64,000 nucleotides of DNA, taken from Cenococcum geophilum. Its lineage: Eukaryota. Below, in pieces: positions 1 through 12,894 of this stretch. The DNA is taken from assembly GCA_050273025.1 (NCBI GenBank), contig CP158635.1, positions 13,516,001-13,580,000 of the forward strand. Reading direction: 5' to 3'. The translations under genes were made by a program, and so were the position numbers. Each line of letters starts with the position of its first letter. The first letter of the stretch is position 1. Below the pieces are notes generated by a model. It saw nothing but the letters and a program-made list of their open reading frames with translations, was not told where the DNA came from and ran no database searches.

Positions 1-1190
1 TATAAGTGTTTGGAAGGCAGTTGCGAGTAGTAAAGAGGATACTCTCCCTAGCACAAGATTAGATGTTCTTAATACTAAAAATATATACTACTTTAAGCTG
101 GATTAATGGCAGAACGAGACCGTACTTCTTCATTACTACGGAAGTTTAAGATTACTTAGCTCTAAGCTATCGCCTCTTATAAGAAGGCGCGGCAAGCTAA
201 CTACTGGCCTTAAAATATTCGGTCAAGTAAGGATCTTAATTAAGCTCTCGCTATAATTGAGGAGTGGTATAAATGCTAGCCGTTAAAGTCTCTATCCTTA
301 AACTTTACCTTATATTTAGTTAAGGATAAGGAGCTAGAGACTTAGGTTCTTATTATAACTCTAAGTTAGTATATAGGCGATATGCCTATAGGCAGAAGGA
401 TAGCTATATAGCTTAACTTACGAATCCCCCTAACGTAATTGCTGGTAAGGAGGCCTCTGCCAATAGGATGCTAGTAATTGTAGATAGGTGGCCTTATATA
501 AATATATATTACCGTAATAAAGGTAAGATATACTAGTAGAATAAGAAGTCGCCCGACTTGCCTACTACCGTAATTAACTATTATCCTATTAGTGTAGAAA
601 ACTTCTAGTGGTGGAATAAAGAGCTCCTTTTAGGTGACTCTACTATTAAGCAGCCGTCGCAACATCTTATTATTAGCTTGGTCGGCTATAGAAAGAGAAG
701 TTAAAAGAGCTAAAAGGAGCAGGTAGTAGAGAAGGAAGATTCTACTATATTACATATTAAGAAGCTAGCGTTAGTTATACTTATAAAGGAGCTTAAATCT
801 ATAGGCTAAAATCCTTACCTTTCTTAATAATATCCTCCGCTATATTTAAATATCAAAGCACCCTAGAACTTAAGCCCTGTTTAGTCAGAAATAGATTTAG
901 TTAAGCTACTTAGCTAGTTCTTTAAGTAGCTAGCTAACCAGCTAAAGTTTAATAGCGAGAGGTAGAGGGCTATTTTGGAGCCGATTAAGGATAAGTTAGT
1001 AGAGGAAGAATAGAATATTAACTCGCTAAAGTTATAGAAGCTAGGTAAAGGTATAACGTCAAATTAATAGGAGAACTACAGCTTTAAGATTGGAACGCTA
1101 TATAGAATTAGGCCTCTAATCTTAAAGTTTAAGCGCTTAAGATAGTAGCTATCTATTAATCTATTAATCTATAATATATCCTACCTCTTA
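1..1190 (+). pseudogene. RIP-degraded, frameshifted ORF remnant of unknown, probably TE-associated, protein with a Cys/His motif
   Basis: From 489, with RIP reversed: WPC-x4-CRNKGKxCW...NHYP...WWNKELL-GDSTxxQPSQ; acidic/helical C-terminal part near 1000-1140; stops are TAA/TAG; frameshifts upstream. Confidence 0.35.
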
Positions 1191-1262
1191 GAAGTGCGCT
1201 CCTATATATATACTATATACTTAACTAACAGCAAAATATAGAAAGCTCTCGAAGCTCTTAAA

Positions 1263-1393
1263 TGTTAAGATTTGACCCTTTAGTGGCGTAGGGAGGTTAA
1301 TACCTAGTCTCCTTAATATTGTATTATATAGCTACTAGCCCTCTAATATTGGAGATAAAATAATTTAAGTAATTAGTATATTACATTTTAACA
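1263..1393 (+). mobile_element. Solo LTR of a Copia family (131 bp)
   Basis: TGTTAAG...TTTTAACA termini; 5-bp TSD TTAAA (1258-1262 and 1394-1398); similar to the LTR at 1525-1651. Confidence 0.85.
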
Positions 1394-1524
1394 TTAAAGT
1401 CCTTAACTAGCCGCTGGTTCCTTTTAATCTAAGCCTTAACGTTATTAAACGTAGCCTTAATAGGATTATAATCTGGTTAGTAGGGTAGTAGGAACTGGAG
1501 CTTAATACTATACTGCTTATAAAG

Positions 1525-4500
1525 TGTTAAGAATCGGCCTTCTAGTGGCGTAAGGAGGCTAGTAAAGCCAGCCTCCTTAATATTATACTATATAGCCACT
1601 AGTCTTTCCCTAAATAGATAAATTAAGCAATTAAAGTACTATATTTTAATAGGTTATAAGCCTAGATTATATAAATTAAATTAGCTAAGTTCTACTATAC
1701 TTTATAATTAACTATATAACCTACTAAAAGAATATATTTTAGAGAAGAGTCTACAGCCTTATAGCTATTTCCGCTATATACCTCTATAATATATATAAAC
1801 TAATTAAAATAAAAAGGCACGGAAAAAGGATTCTAGAAAGACTTTCTATAAAGGTAGCTAGGTACTAAGACGCTAAAAACCTAACCTTTTAAATCTCTTC
1901 CGAAACACTAAACCCCTATACTAGCCTTTCTATTTTATAAAAACAACTATATATCTAAACTTAAAATAGTTATATACTCTATTAAAATCCACTATAATAG
2001 TAAAGAAATTAATACCTTAACGATTATACCAAAGGCCTAAAAAACCGATTTTATACTAAGGCCTTAACCTTTATAACTAGTATAGTTTTACCGCTTCCTT
2101 AATATCTTCCTCTACCCTTATATATTTAAAGATCTAAAGAAAAATAATACTAGTAATATCTTTACGGGGGACCTTAAAGACTATAACTTTAACCTTAGCA
2201 CTATACCTAATTACTCTAGTAATTTAGATAGCTCCTTAGCCTCTAATAGTACCCTCTTTATAGCCAGCCTAACTAAACTCTTTAGTCTTAAAGTCCGAAC
2301 CCCTTCTTAACTACCCTATAATACCTTAGTTATACCTATCCTATTAAATACTCTAGAGACCTCTAAAACTAAAATAAACAAAGAATATTCTTAACCCTTT
2401 AACACTATATACAAATCTATCGAACTTAAAGGAGTAAAGACGCTAAAACCCTAAAGCTCTACTACCGTTAAAGACTCTAAACCCAATACTATAAACGTCT
2501 CACCTTTACCTATCCCCTCTAAACACCCTAAACGTCCTAAACCTTAATAATTAAACCTATTCCCAATAAGCCTAAGAACCCTTTATTAGTCTTACTAAAG
2601 ACATCTATAGTTAAGGCGAAAATAAGCTTTATAACTAAAAGGGGAACTAAAGGACTAAATAAGAAGAAAAAAACTAGAATCTACTATAGAATAGATAGAA
2701 TTTACCAAGTAGATATGCCTTTACTTATTAATAAATAAATATAAAGATCTACTTAAACGGAACGCTAAAAGACCAGAATAAGGGACCCTATTAAAAGCAA
2801 CCTATAAAACTAAGTTAAACACCTAGCTTAATAAATAGGAATAAGCATACAGCATTATCTAAAGTAGACTTGGTTATAACGCCATAAAAGAGGTTTAAGA
2901 AATTAAAAATATAGATAAGATCTTTACTAAGCTATAAAAACGTTTTCGTCTAATAGGAAGTGCAGTCTACTAAAACCTTAAAAGACGTTACTAGAAGGTT
3001 ACCCTAAATACCTATAAAGGAGTAATAAACTACGTGGAAAAGCTATAAGAAGTACAAATAGAGATTATAGAGCTCGACCCTAACTATATAATTAGTAAAA
3101 TCTCCCTAGTTAGTAAATTTCTAACAGGACTCGGCCTAAACTACAATATATTCCTAACCTCTTTCCACTAAAAATACTCCCTTCTACTAGAATATGATAA
3201 AAAGAATATGATTATAAAAGCAGCTATAATATTAAAAAAAAAGCTATATAAATAGTAGAAATGGAAGAATAGAATATAAAGGGACGGGAAGATAATAAGA
3301 CTGCCCTACTAGCAATCTCCTAAAATACCTATAAAAAAAACAAAGAGTTATAAGTACTGCTATAAGCTCTACCATATAAAAGACAAGTGTTAAAAACTAT
3401 ACCTAAACCTTAGAAAAAAGCACCGCGAGGAAAAGTATAAGGAAAAAAAAAGAGGAAACGAAGTAACTCCTATAGTAAGAAAAATAAGAAACCTAAGAGC
3501 AATAAACCTATAGAAGAAAATAAAATAAAACTAATAGTAGGACTAAGCTACTCCGTATTAGATAGCATAGAAGCTATTTACCTTATAGCAGCCGATACAG
3601 ATATAAACCTTACGGCGACCTTTTTCCTTAACTTAGGCTGCTTCGCATTAGGAAATTTTTTTTGGCATATTGTTACAGTTTGCGGCAATTTGCTGCAAAC
3701 TGTACGATCGCGGCAGTGGCCTATAGTGGTTAACGATTCGCATAAACAGCACGTTTTGTAGCAAATTTATAGCAGCTGCTAGTAAAACGCAGTAAAATAC
3801 CTAAACACTAAACCAGCACCAGCACTTTAAAATTAAATCGTGTGAATTATACAAATTGTATAAATCGTATAAATGATATAAATTGTATAAATTGTATAGA
3901 TTGTATAGATTGTATAGATATAATATCTTTATAAATTATTATAAATTCCTATAGATTTACAGATTGTTATAATATACTTTTTAAATATATTTATATTATA
4001 ACTATATAAAATAGAGCCAAGAGGGGAGAACCTCCCATAGAGGCTCTAAATTGTATTTTAACAATATATACTGATTTCCTAACTAGGCCTAGTGTCTACT
4101 AACCTACCTACCTGCCTACCTGCCTACCTGTCTGTCTATCTGTCTATCCATCTATACCTACCTATCTATACCTACCTGTCTATATCTGCCTACCTGTTTA
4201 TACCTACCTATCTATGCTACCTTAATTTAATTGATCGATTAAATTATTTATAGTGTTCGCCAGCTGGTCGTTGTTGTCTAGCTTTAGCAGCGGTTGTCTA
4301 GCTCTGGCGACGGTCGTTTAGTTTTAGCGATGGTCGTCTTCTGGCGGCCGTTCTAGTGCCTCCCTAGATAGGGAGAATATAAAAAAGGAAGGGTAAAAAT
4401 AAGGTGGCTACCTAGGTGTATAAGGGGTATACTTAGCAGACACGTATAAACTCCATATAGAGCTTTATTAGAAGCTGCATAAAGCTTTGCACAGAGCTCC

Positions 4501-5852
4501 CCTAAAGCTCTACACGGAGCTCTACTAAGGCTCTGCACAGAGCTTCCCTAAAGCTTTATACGAAGCTCCTTTAAAGCTCTATATAGAGCTCCACCAAGGC
4601 TCTACACTCCCTTAAAGCTCTACGCGAAGTTTTATTAAAGCTTTACACGGAGCTTTATATTTACTATAATATTTACTATAAAGCTCTATATATAAAGCTC
4701 TACATAAAGCTTTACATTAAGAAAATTTAAAAACAATAACTTTATAGCCAAAAATTGGGGTCTGCGAAACCTGCGTAAGTCGCGATTTTAGCAATTTGCG
4801 GTAATTTGCAGTGATTTGCTTTAAACACACAGATAGGGTAGGCGCGTGCATAAGCAGCCTGTGTGTTCGCAGCAGATTGCAGCAGATTGCAGCAAATCGC
4901 CAAAATTGCGACTTACGCAGGTTTCGCAGATCCCGATTTTCGCTTACCCAAATTTTTTTCCTAATGTCTACTACTCTAGCTGCTAAAAAGAAAACTTTAT
5001 AGAACTATAATGCTATACTAGTAGACTATTTAGGGGCTTTATAGAAGCGCGGGCAATACTAGAAGTAATTAAGACTATAAAACTATCCTGCCTTATTAAT
5101 AATAAAAACGTAAACCTATACCTATATAACACTCTCTATATTTTAAAAGGGGGTATTAATCTAATCTCTATATTAAAACTATAGGTAAAAGGAGTAAAAA
5201 TAGGGTTTAATAACAATAACATAACTATTATCATAAAAGGAACAAAATCTAAAGTATCCCTATTTTATAGCCTATACGCTTTTAATATCTAACAATTAGA
5301 GCTACCCCTAGGACTAACTATCTATATAGTTACTACTATATAGTATAAAATCTGGTATAAAAGAATAGGTTATATAGGGGAGTGAAATCTATAAAAACTT
5401 AAGATAATGTTAACTAGAATAGACCTACCTTTAAATAACTGCGTATATATTCTATACGTCTAAAGATAAATAAAAGAGAAGCTATATAAAAATAAGTTTA
5501 AACTAGGAACTTACCCACTTAAATTTATCCATACTAATATCGTTAGCCCATTTTCCGTTATAGATAATAACTAAAGCTAATATTAGGTTATATTCCTTAA
5601 TAACTATATATAGATAGTTAAAGCTTACTCTATTACTAAGAAAAGCGAGTTCTTTTATTATTTTTAACGTCTTATAGAAAAATACTCCTAACCTAAACAC
5701 CGTTATTAACGCATTAGACTTAACTAGGGAGAAGAAAACCGGTTAAATTAATTCTATACATTCTATATAGATAAAGATATTAATATTAAAGTTATAGCTA
5801 TAAAACAACACTAATAGAATAAAGCCGCTAAATGCTTAAATAGAATCCTTAT
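1525..5852 (+). mobile_element. Ty1/Copia LTR retrotransposon, 5' part only (LTR, gag, protease, integrase), RIP-inactivated; no RT/RNase H half in the window
   Basis: LTR 1525-1651 followed by GGTTATAAGCCT (RIP form of the fungal Copia GGTTATGAGCCC start); gag knuckle CKYCHKxYHxKDKC ~3350-3392; protease FLDSGC ~3624-3641; WHKRMGH ~5353; IHTDIVGPF ~5530; QQNxAAExLNRIL ~5810-5850; integrase directly follows protease. Confidence 0.85.
3646..4966. mobile_element. Non-autonomous TIR DNA element (possibly CACTA/CMC-like) inserted in the Copia protease
   Basis: Termini CATTAGGAAATTTT...TTGG and CCAAATTTTTTTCCTAATG; Copia frame resumes after 4966; internal CTACCTGC, GACGACC-type and AAGCTCTAC repeats homologous (inverted) to 27018-29417; TSD not clean (TCG/TCT). 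Confidence 0.75.
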
Positions 5853-6620
5853 TGTTATAGGACTTCCCTATAACACTTTATACACATCTACCTATTTCCA
5901 CCGACTTAGTAACTAAAGACCGACTATAAGACTATAACTTGCCGCAATCTATGACAATCTAACAGCAATCTGCCGCATTTTGCTATATTCTACTAAGTTC
6001 TACTAAGTTTCACTAAGTTCTACTAAATCCTGCTAAGTTCTACTAAATCCTGTTAAGTTCTGCCAGGACTACTACCTAAATCCTATTCTGCTCTATATAT
6101 ATATTAACTAAGCAATTAAGTCCATAATATATACCCTTTCTTCCCGTTTTCCTACCTTCTTTCTATATATAACGTCTTAATCTTATTACACAGTTTATAT
6201 ATATAGCTTAATAATATCTACTTTGCTATATATTACCGTCGCTTATACTTACTCCGTAATACTATATTGCGTTAAACCTATACCTTATACCGCCTTAATT
6301 AGTATATAAAATAACCTAAAAGCCCCTATGTCTATAAAAGACCTATACGCTATATTTACTAAATAAATAGAGACTCTATAATAAGCTTTTACGGACACCC
6401 TCGCCCGTTAAGAAGTCTGATATTATAAAATTAAATCTCTAAAAAAAAGAAATTAAAGAGATCCGCCGAAACCCACTGTCTGCCCTATTATTACTCCTAC
6501 TTACCACCACCAGTATTAACCTATAAACACTAGATAAAGAGAACGTGTTTAAAGCTGGCTCCTTAACCCTAAATTTACTAACTAGTACCTCTAGAAAGAA
6601 GTAAACCTTTAAACCGGAAA
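5853..6620 (+). mobile_element. Truncated LTR retrotransposon, probably Gypsy: LTR 5853-6190 plus start of gag
   Basis: TGTTATAGG...CTTATTACA block interrupting the Copia integrase; internal CTAAGTTCTA repeats; downstream gag-like frame ending FKPEK at ~6620. Confidence 0.55.
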
Positions 6621-7499
6621 AGTAACAGTCCGACATCTAAGCGGGCTTAGACTGCCTAGGCCACGCGCGCTTAGGCTAAATCTTAACGTTGCCACCAAAG
6701 ATAAGCCCCATTCTCAGAAAAGTTAGCAAGATTCTATATACGGCTTAGTTAATGCCTAGAAATACCTAGTACGCCTTAATATAAGATAGGGTGTGGAGTT
6801 AGGCTTACTTTAAAAGTATAAGATAATATATCGTATTTTATATATTTTCTAAAAAATAAATATACGTTTGGTCCTTTTTCTAGTACTTAATAAACTGTTA
6901 TAATAGAACCTAGCGCCAGGTTTCCAAAGGCACGTAATTACTAGTAAAATTGGCTTAAAGCTTCTTTAAGACTAAAAAGTAACCGTCTGGTAACCGTCTA
7001 GTAACAGTTTAGTAGAGGTCTAGATATAGTAAAGGTAACTATTCTTAAGGGGTGCTACTAGGAATTTGGCCTTATCTACTAAATTTTCTAAAAAAAATCT
7101 TAAAAGCGGGCATGCGCTATAAGCACGAATTTTTTAATATAGTAGATACTAAATCTTATTATAAATTCTAAATGCGCACTTATAATTTATTAGAAAAAAC
7201 GAGAGGAAAAACCGTAAAAAAGTTTTTTCATTTTATTGCGCTAATTAAGATCATTATTATCCTAAGGCCGAGATTCCCCTTTAAGTTCTTAGTATTTCTA
7301 AGCAATTTAGTAATTACTCTTATATAATAATAATTCATTGCTTAACGTCCGATTTGGATCCCTATTAGGCCCACGCGGACTACTCCTTATTTACATATGG
7401 GGAGAAAACTCTATTTAAGAAAAATAAGAAAACCCCGTGATCCATCTCCCCGCCTTTTAGGACTCGCCTACTTAGCGCCTATGAGTTGCCTATAGTGCT

Positions 7500-10400
7500 C
7501 TACTACCTTACTATTTAACCTTTTTAGGAACCACTGCTGCCGTAATAAGCCTACAGACGCGCTAGTATTATAAACTATTACTTTACTACTGTAGAGTTAC
7601 TAGGGGGCACCTACTGCTTGCCTTTTTGCCTTCTATTACTATTTCCCTTATAACCTAGAACTAATTTAGTATATTTTAACTAATAAGCTACTAGGTAACC
7701 GCCTTAAGGCCTTTTTATATTAAGAGCAGTGTATTATAGTTCTCTATACCAGCTGCTAAAAGTATTATTTCTTAATTAGTATATAGGGGGCATAGCAGTA
7801 TTACGTATTTTGGTGTCTGTCTTAGCCAGCCATATTTATATCTCGGGCTACCTACTAGGACACCTACCCAGTAAAGCCAATCTTTTAGTCCTATTATTCC
7901 TGTTCTTAAGAGTGTTGCTATTATATTTTCTACCTTTGTTAGGCCTTCTCGGAGCCCTTAGGTATTTACCCCCTATAGCATTAACCATGCTATAGCTTGG
8001 GTTCGTCTTGCCTAAGTTAGCCTCTATACCTTTAACTCCTATTTACCTCTCCAGCGTTAGTCCAACCAGTATTATATTACGGTAGATAGTTTCCTGGCGT
8101 TCTTATATATTCTACTTTAGCTCCTTTCTCTATCTTACTGTTATCTTTACTAACCTCTTATATATCTCCCTTCCTCCTCTATATAGGCCTAGGCCCTAAA
8201 GCGGCACTATTCTTCTTCTACTTTTTTTACCTATTTCTCTAATATCTCTTCCCTACTTTAGGGTTATTGGTTTATTCTCCTACAGGGCACCCTAGGGTCC
8301 CTCTATAGTTTACTTAGGCGTATCTTAATATACTTTATAATATTAGAGTTATATTTATTTTACGTTCTTTATATTACAGCGGCTTTAATATATAACTATA
8401 GGGGGGGAATATTGGATTCCTTCTTAAGCAGTACTATAGCCGTTCACTTGTACCCGCCTGTGATACTCCAAAGGTAGGCTGTTTGGACCTTTTAAAGTAG
8501 TTTAAAAAGTAATTTTAGGGGGCCCTTTTTAGTTTCTCTAATGGCCCAGATACTGGATCCATATATTATAGTTAGCCAAACAACTGCTGTATATAGTAGG
8601 CGTAACCTTTAGAAACATAGACCCTATATAGAATTAATAATCCTAAATAAAGCGATAAACTGTGCTTGGCCTTTACGGGCCGCTTATACTATATATACGC
8701 TCTACTAAAGCTTACTGTCTACCCATACTCCTAATACCCTTAGGCCCTAAACTAGTTAACCCCTAAAGCCTTAGATACGAATTATATACTAGAGATCTAT
8801 AGATTAGTTGCGTTTTCTTATAAAATAGATTAGCTAGTATTTCTCTAGTAAGAATTAGACTCTATGGTGTTTTGCCTACTTTATATAAGTGTTATAGGCT
8901 TTCTCTAGTGTTCTATAGTTCTCTACGGCTGTTAGCCCGTATATAATTAGGTTTATATTATTAACAAAGCCTATCCCCTAGGTCGCCCCTTTCTTAAAAA
9001 AGTTAAGCAGGTTGCTTATAAAGAAAAGGAAGAGTATAGGCGAGAGGGGTAATCCTTGTGGTATTCCTATTATAACTGCAATAGGGGGGCTCTAGTATCC
9101 ACTAAAGACCAGTAATGTTTCTTTCTAGCCTATAAACCCTTAGATAAATTATATAATCCATTCTAGGAAGCCCTTTGCCCTAAGGATATATAGGAGACGC
9201 TCGTAGGGTATATTATTATAGGCACTACTAATATTTAGGCTAAGCATTAATACTACAAAGTCCTTTCGCATCGCCTATGTAGATTTAATAGTGGCAGCGA
9301 GTAGCGTAAGTACTAATAGTATTAAGCGGTTCTTTCTTGCCCCTATTTGGCTTTATGGTAATAGGGCGTGTTCCTTTACCATATCTACTATGCGTTCTGC
9401 TATTACCCTTTCTAAGATCTTACTAAGGGTGTTTTCTAAAGCAATAGGGCGGTAGCTTTTTAGGATTAAGTAATCTGCTTTGCCTTCTTTTCATAAAATA
9501 ACCGTTGTTATAGATCTTCTAAGTTATAGGTAGTAGCCTATAGTAAAGCATACTCTAGCTATATCTATAAGCTAAGGTGCTATAAGTGGCCTATAGGTTT
9601 TTAGGGCCTTATTTGGAATCCTATCTAGTCCTAGTACTATATTATTTAAAAGGCGGCTAATAGTTCTAGCCATTTCCTCTATTATTATGTCGCTGTCGAC
9701 CTATAGGCGAGTTACCAGTGTTTCGCCCGTAATATTACTAAGGTCTACTAGAGCTAGTTAGGGGAAGAACCTTTCTATAAGGATTTTTGCCTTCTTATTG
9801 TTGTTATTTATAGCCTATAATTCTCCTACTTTTTATAGGGGTGGTAGGTATAGGTCTTCTACTAGGTGCCCTACCTTTTTCTTTACCCATTTCGCTATAT
9901 CCTAAAGGCCCTTATTATAGGGGAGGCTCGGGTTAAAAGTATGCTTATTTATAAACCATCTCCAGTTATTCCTTACTTCTTTTTTTAGGGTATTCTTTAG
10001 CTAGTTTCTTATGTCTTTATATTGTCTCTTGTCTTTAGGGTCGTGGCTACTTATATATTTCCTTCTTACTTATTATTAGCTGGTAACCAGAACTGCGTAT
10101 TATATAGACTATATATATCGCGCGTAGGGGCCCAGTTTTAAGATCGGGCAGTGCTCTTTTAGCCTATTTTTAATTGCTGCCTAGATCCTTTCTAGTCTTC
10201 GGTTAATTTCCTTAGGGGTAGTTAATAGGCCTCGCTCGTTTGGTATTAGGTAGATTTCTTCTAGGTCTTAGAGTTGTTATTTAACTACATTAAGGAAACT
10301 GTCTGTCTTAAGCTTCCTTATTACGTATCTTTTTCTATTTAGTTGCGCTTTAGTATCTAGGTCTAGCTATATCTAAATAGGGATATAGTCTAAGGTAAGT

Positions 10401-11030
10401 GCCCATTCTTCTTTGGGGTTACACCTTTTAAGTCTCTAGTATAGGCCTTTATCCATAAATATAAGGTTAATTATACTTCTAGCGGTGCCTTATTGCCATA
10501 TAATTACTCCTAAGGGGGTAGCTAGCTTAAGGCCCCAGATATCTATAGCTCTTAGTAGGCACTCTAACTATTAGTCTGCAGCAATATAGATACCCCCCTA
10601 CTACGGGTAGTGGAGGTTTATATCTCCTAATAGAATAAACTCTATACCTTTAGTTTTTAGTAAGCTTATTACTAATATAATATTCTCTATTTATAGGACC
10701 CCTTCGACCCTAGGGTTATATACATTAATAATTTATACCGGTCCCCTATATATTTAAATTATTATAACTATAATATCTAGGTTAACTGCCTGCCATAACT
10801 ATAAGGACAGGCTAATAGCCTTGCTAATTATAAAGCACACATATATAGCTGCTTTTAGTTTATATAGGAGCTGGAATTCTTAGGGGCAGTATGTTGATTA
10901 TGTGAAGGTATTATAATATAGCTCTTATATAGCAAGGATATAGTATTTCTCTAGGTCTAGACTATCTAGTAGGGGCCTTGCAAGGCGGTGGTTTATGTTG
11001 CCGCAGTTATATTATATAATGGATAGGTAG
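7500..11030 (-). pseudogene. LINE ORF2 (APE endonuclease plus reverse transcriptase), RIP-disrupted
   Basis: With RIP reversed: IIQYNC ~11010, LAIQEP ~10925, LGDINLHHPWWGG ~10610, YRPIALENTLSKILE ~9440, LDISGAYD ~9225, GIPQGLPLSPILF ~9045, GFVDD ~8965; 3' end approximate. Confidence 0.9.
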
Positions 11031-11034
11031 CGGA

Positions 11035-12785
11035 CCCCCGGCGAGGGTCCTTTAACTCTCCTTTATTCCTCGCTTTTTCTATTTCCACTTTCTCTAGAAT
11101 ATTTAGAGCTTCTATCTCTTATATCTATACCCTAGTTACTACTTATTTTATATAGAGCTTTCTATTCCCGTGTCTTATATTCCTGTTAGCGCTTCTATAT
11201 CTAAATCTATTATTATTACTAGTTCTTCCCCTGTTCTTACTAGTTGGCTATATACCCTTTATAGGTTGGCTGCGAATATTATATTTACCGTATTAAGTCT
11301 AATTCTTAATTATCCTAGTCTTAAGCCTACTATTGCTGTCTATAGGGGTCTTCCTACAGGGCGTCCTCTCCCTTGTGTCCCCTGTGACCCTTATGTCCCT
11401 AATTAGTCTAGTGATATCGCGCGGCGTTGCTTCTAGCCCGTTAAGGCTTAGGATGGCTGGCCTAGCCCTCTAGTATTAAAAGTAGGAAACGCTAAAAAGG
11501 CACCTGCGTCCCCCTAGCTTATCGCCTATTATTTCTATTCGTATAACCTAGCGTACAGTTATTCCCGCAGCTGTTAAGCCCTTGCCTTCCGTCTCCTATA
11601 TTTAATACAGTCTTCTCTCTCCTACGCCTTATGTATACTTTAGTGGCAGTTTACGCATTTTATTTGGTCTTAATTTAAGCAATGTCTCGTATTATGGGGG
11701 CCTATATAGTAGCTACAGCACACCTATGCTGCGTATATAGATTAGGTGTGTCCCTATTATATATAGCGATAGCATTATTCTAGGCATAGTCTATGGTTAT
11801 AGAGCCTTGTGTTATATATAAGGCCATTTATAATTATTCCTTTTTAGATAAGGAGTTTTTGCATTCCTAGTATATATATACTAACAATAAGGGAGCCATG
11901 CGTTTATCCGGCGTCTCCCTAGCGAGTCTCCGGCAACCCTTATATCCTCTTATTATTCTTATTATATGCTTAATTTACATTTTCCTATTAAAGCCATTAG
12001 ATTTGGGTGATTTTAAGTCCTAGTATAAGGCGTTCCGTTTGTCTTACTATCTCCTATATAATTACTATATTGTCCGCCTAGCGTCCCTTTTTTACCCTAA
12101 GGCTTATAGGAACCGCTGGGACTTCGACTAAGTAATCCTCACGGAGTACTTTTATACTAATATATTCTCCTAGCCTATCCCCTACCCTTACGGCTTATTC
12201 CTTTACCTATTAGTCCTTTAGGGTAACTCTAATATCTCCGCTCTTAAGGTGTTAGACTATAACAGCATTATAAACCTCTTTACGTATCTTTATAAGGACT
12301 TCTGTTTCTAATTATCCCCTAAGCCCCTCTGCTTATTCTATGTTTAGTTATATTATAATTATATGCCCGGTTATTAACTTAAGGGGGGTAGGTTCCCTAT
12401 GCTATAAAAGCGCAGCTATAGCGGCCCAGGTGCGGTTCGCCGGTAAGGGGGGGTTATACTTATTTTTAATTTTGCTTAGCCGTTAAAGGATTTAATTGAG
12501 GGTTTGCTAGAGGGGCGCCTAAGGTTCGCTAGACTGGCGGAGCTATTCTACTAGCTATATTAGTTCGTTATAGCTAACGGTTACTCCCCTATAATTCTAG
12601 ATATTAGACGCATCTAATAGGCTTTATATTTTATTAGATGCCTTTTTAATAGAGGTATTTCCGCTTTATAATGTGGTATTCGCCCGTCTTTATTATGGAG
12701 GGCCATTGCTGGGCGTAGTTCTAGCGGTCGCGCGCGAGTGCGAGCCACCGTCGTTCGACGTATGCCTCCCCTGCGATGCATGCAT
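11035..12785 (-). pseudogene. LINE ORF1 (gag-like, CCHC knuckles), RIP-disrupted
   Basis: ATG at 12785 (MHASQGRHTSNDGG...); QCYRC-x2-WGH and further knuckles at ~11600-11780. Confidence 0.8.
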
Positions 12786-12894
12786 CTTAGGGGGATTCTC
12801 TAGGTGTTTTTCAGGGTTCTTTTGGTTGGTTTTAGTCTTTTTGGGCCGGGTGCAGCAAGAGCTCCAGTCAGTTTTTGAGGTCTCTTAATATAGG

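Larger units (their letters stand above)
7327..12887 (-). mobile_element. Tad1-like LINE, full-length copy 1 (RIP-inactivated)
   Basis: (TTA)n tail at left end; ORF1 and ORF2 motifs; highly similar to three other copies; probable short TSD ATATA (7322-7326 and 12888-12892). Confidence 0.95.

Noticed and set aside
7810..12888. Short plus-strand ORFs repeated in each LINE copy (MVSVLASH.., MSYIPVS.., MVFARLYY..)
   Set aside because: Antisense shadows of LINE ORF1/ORF2; they recur only because the element is repeated.
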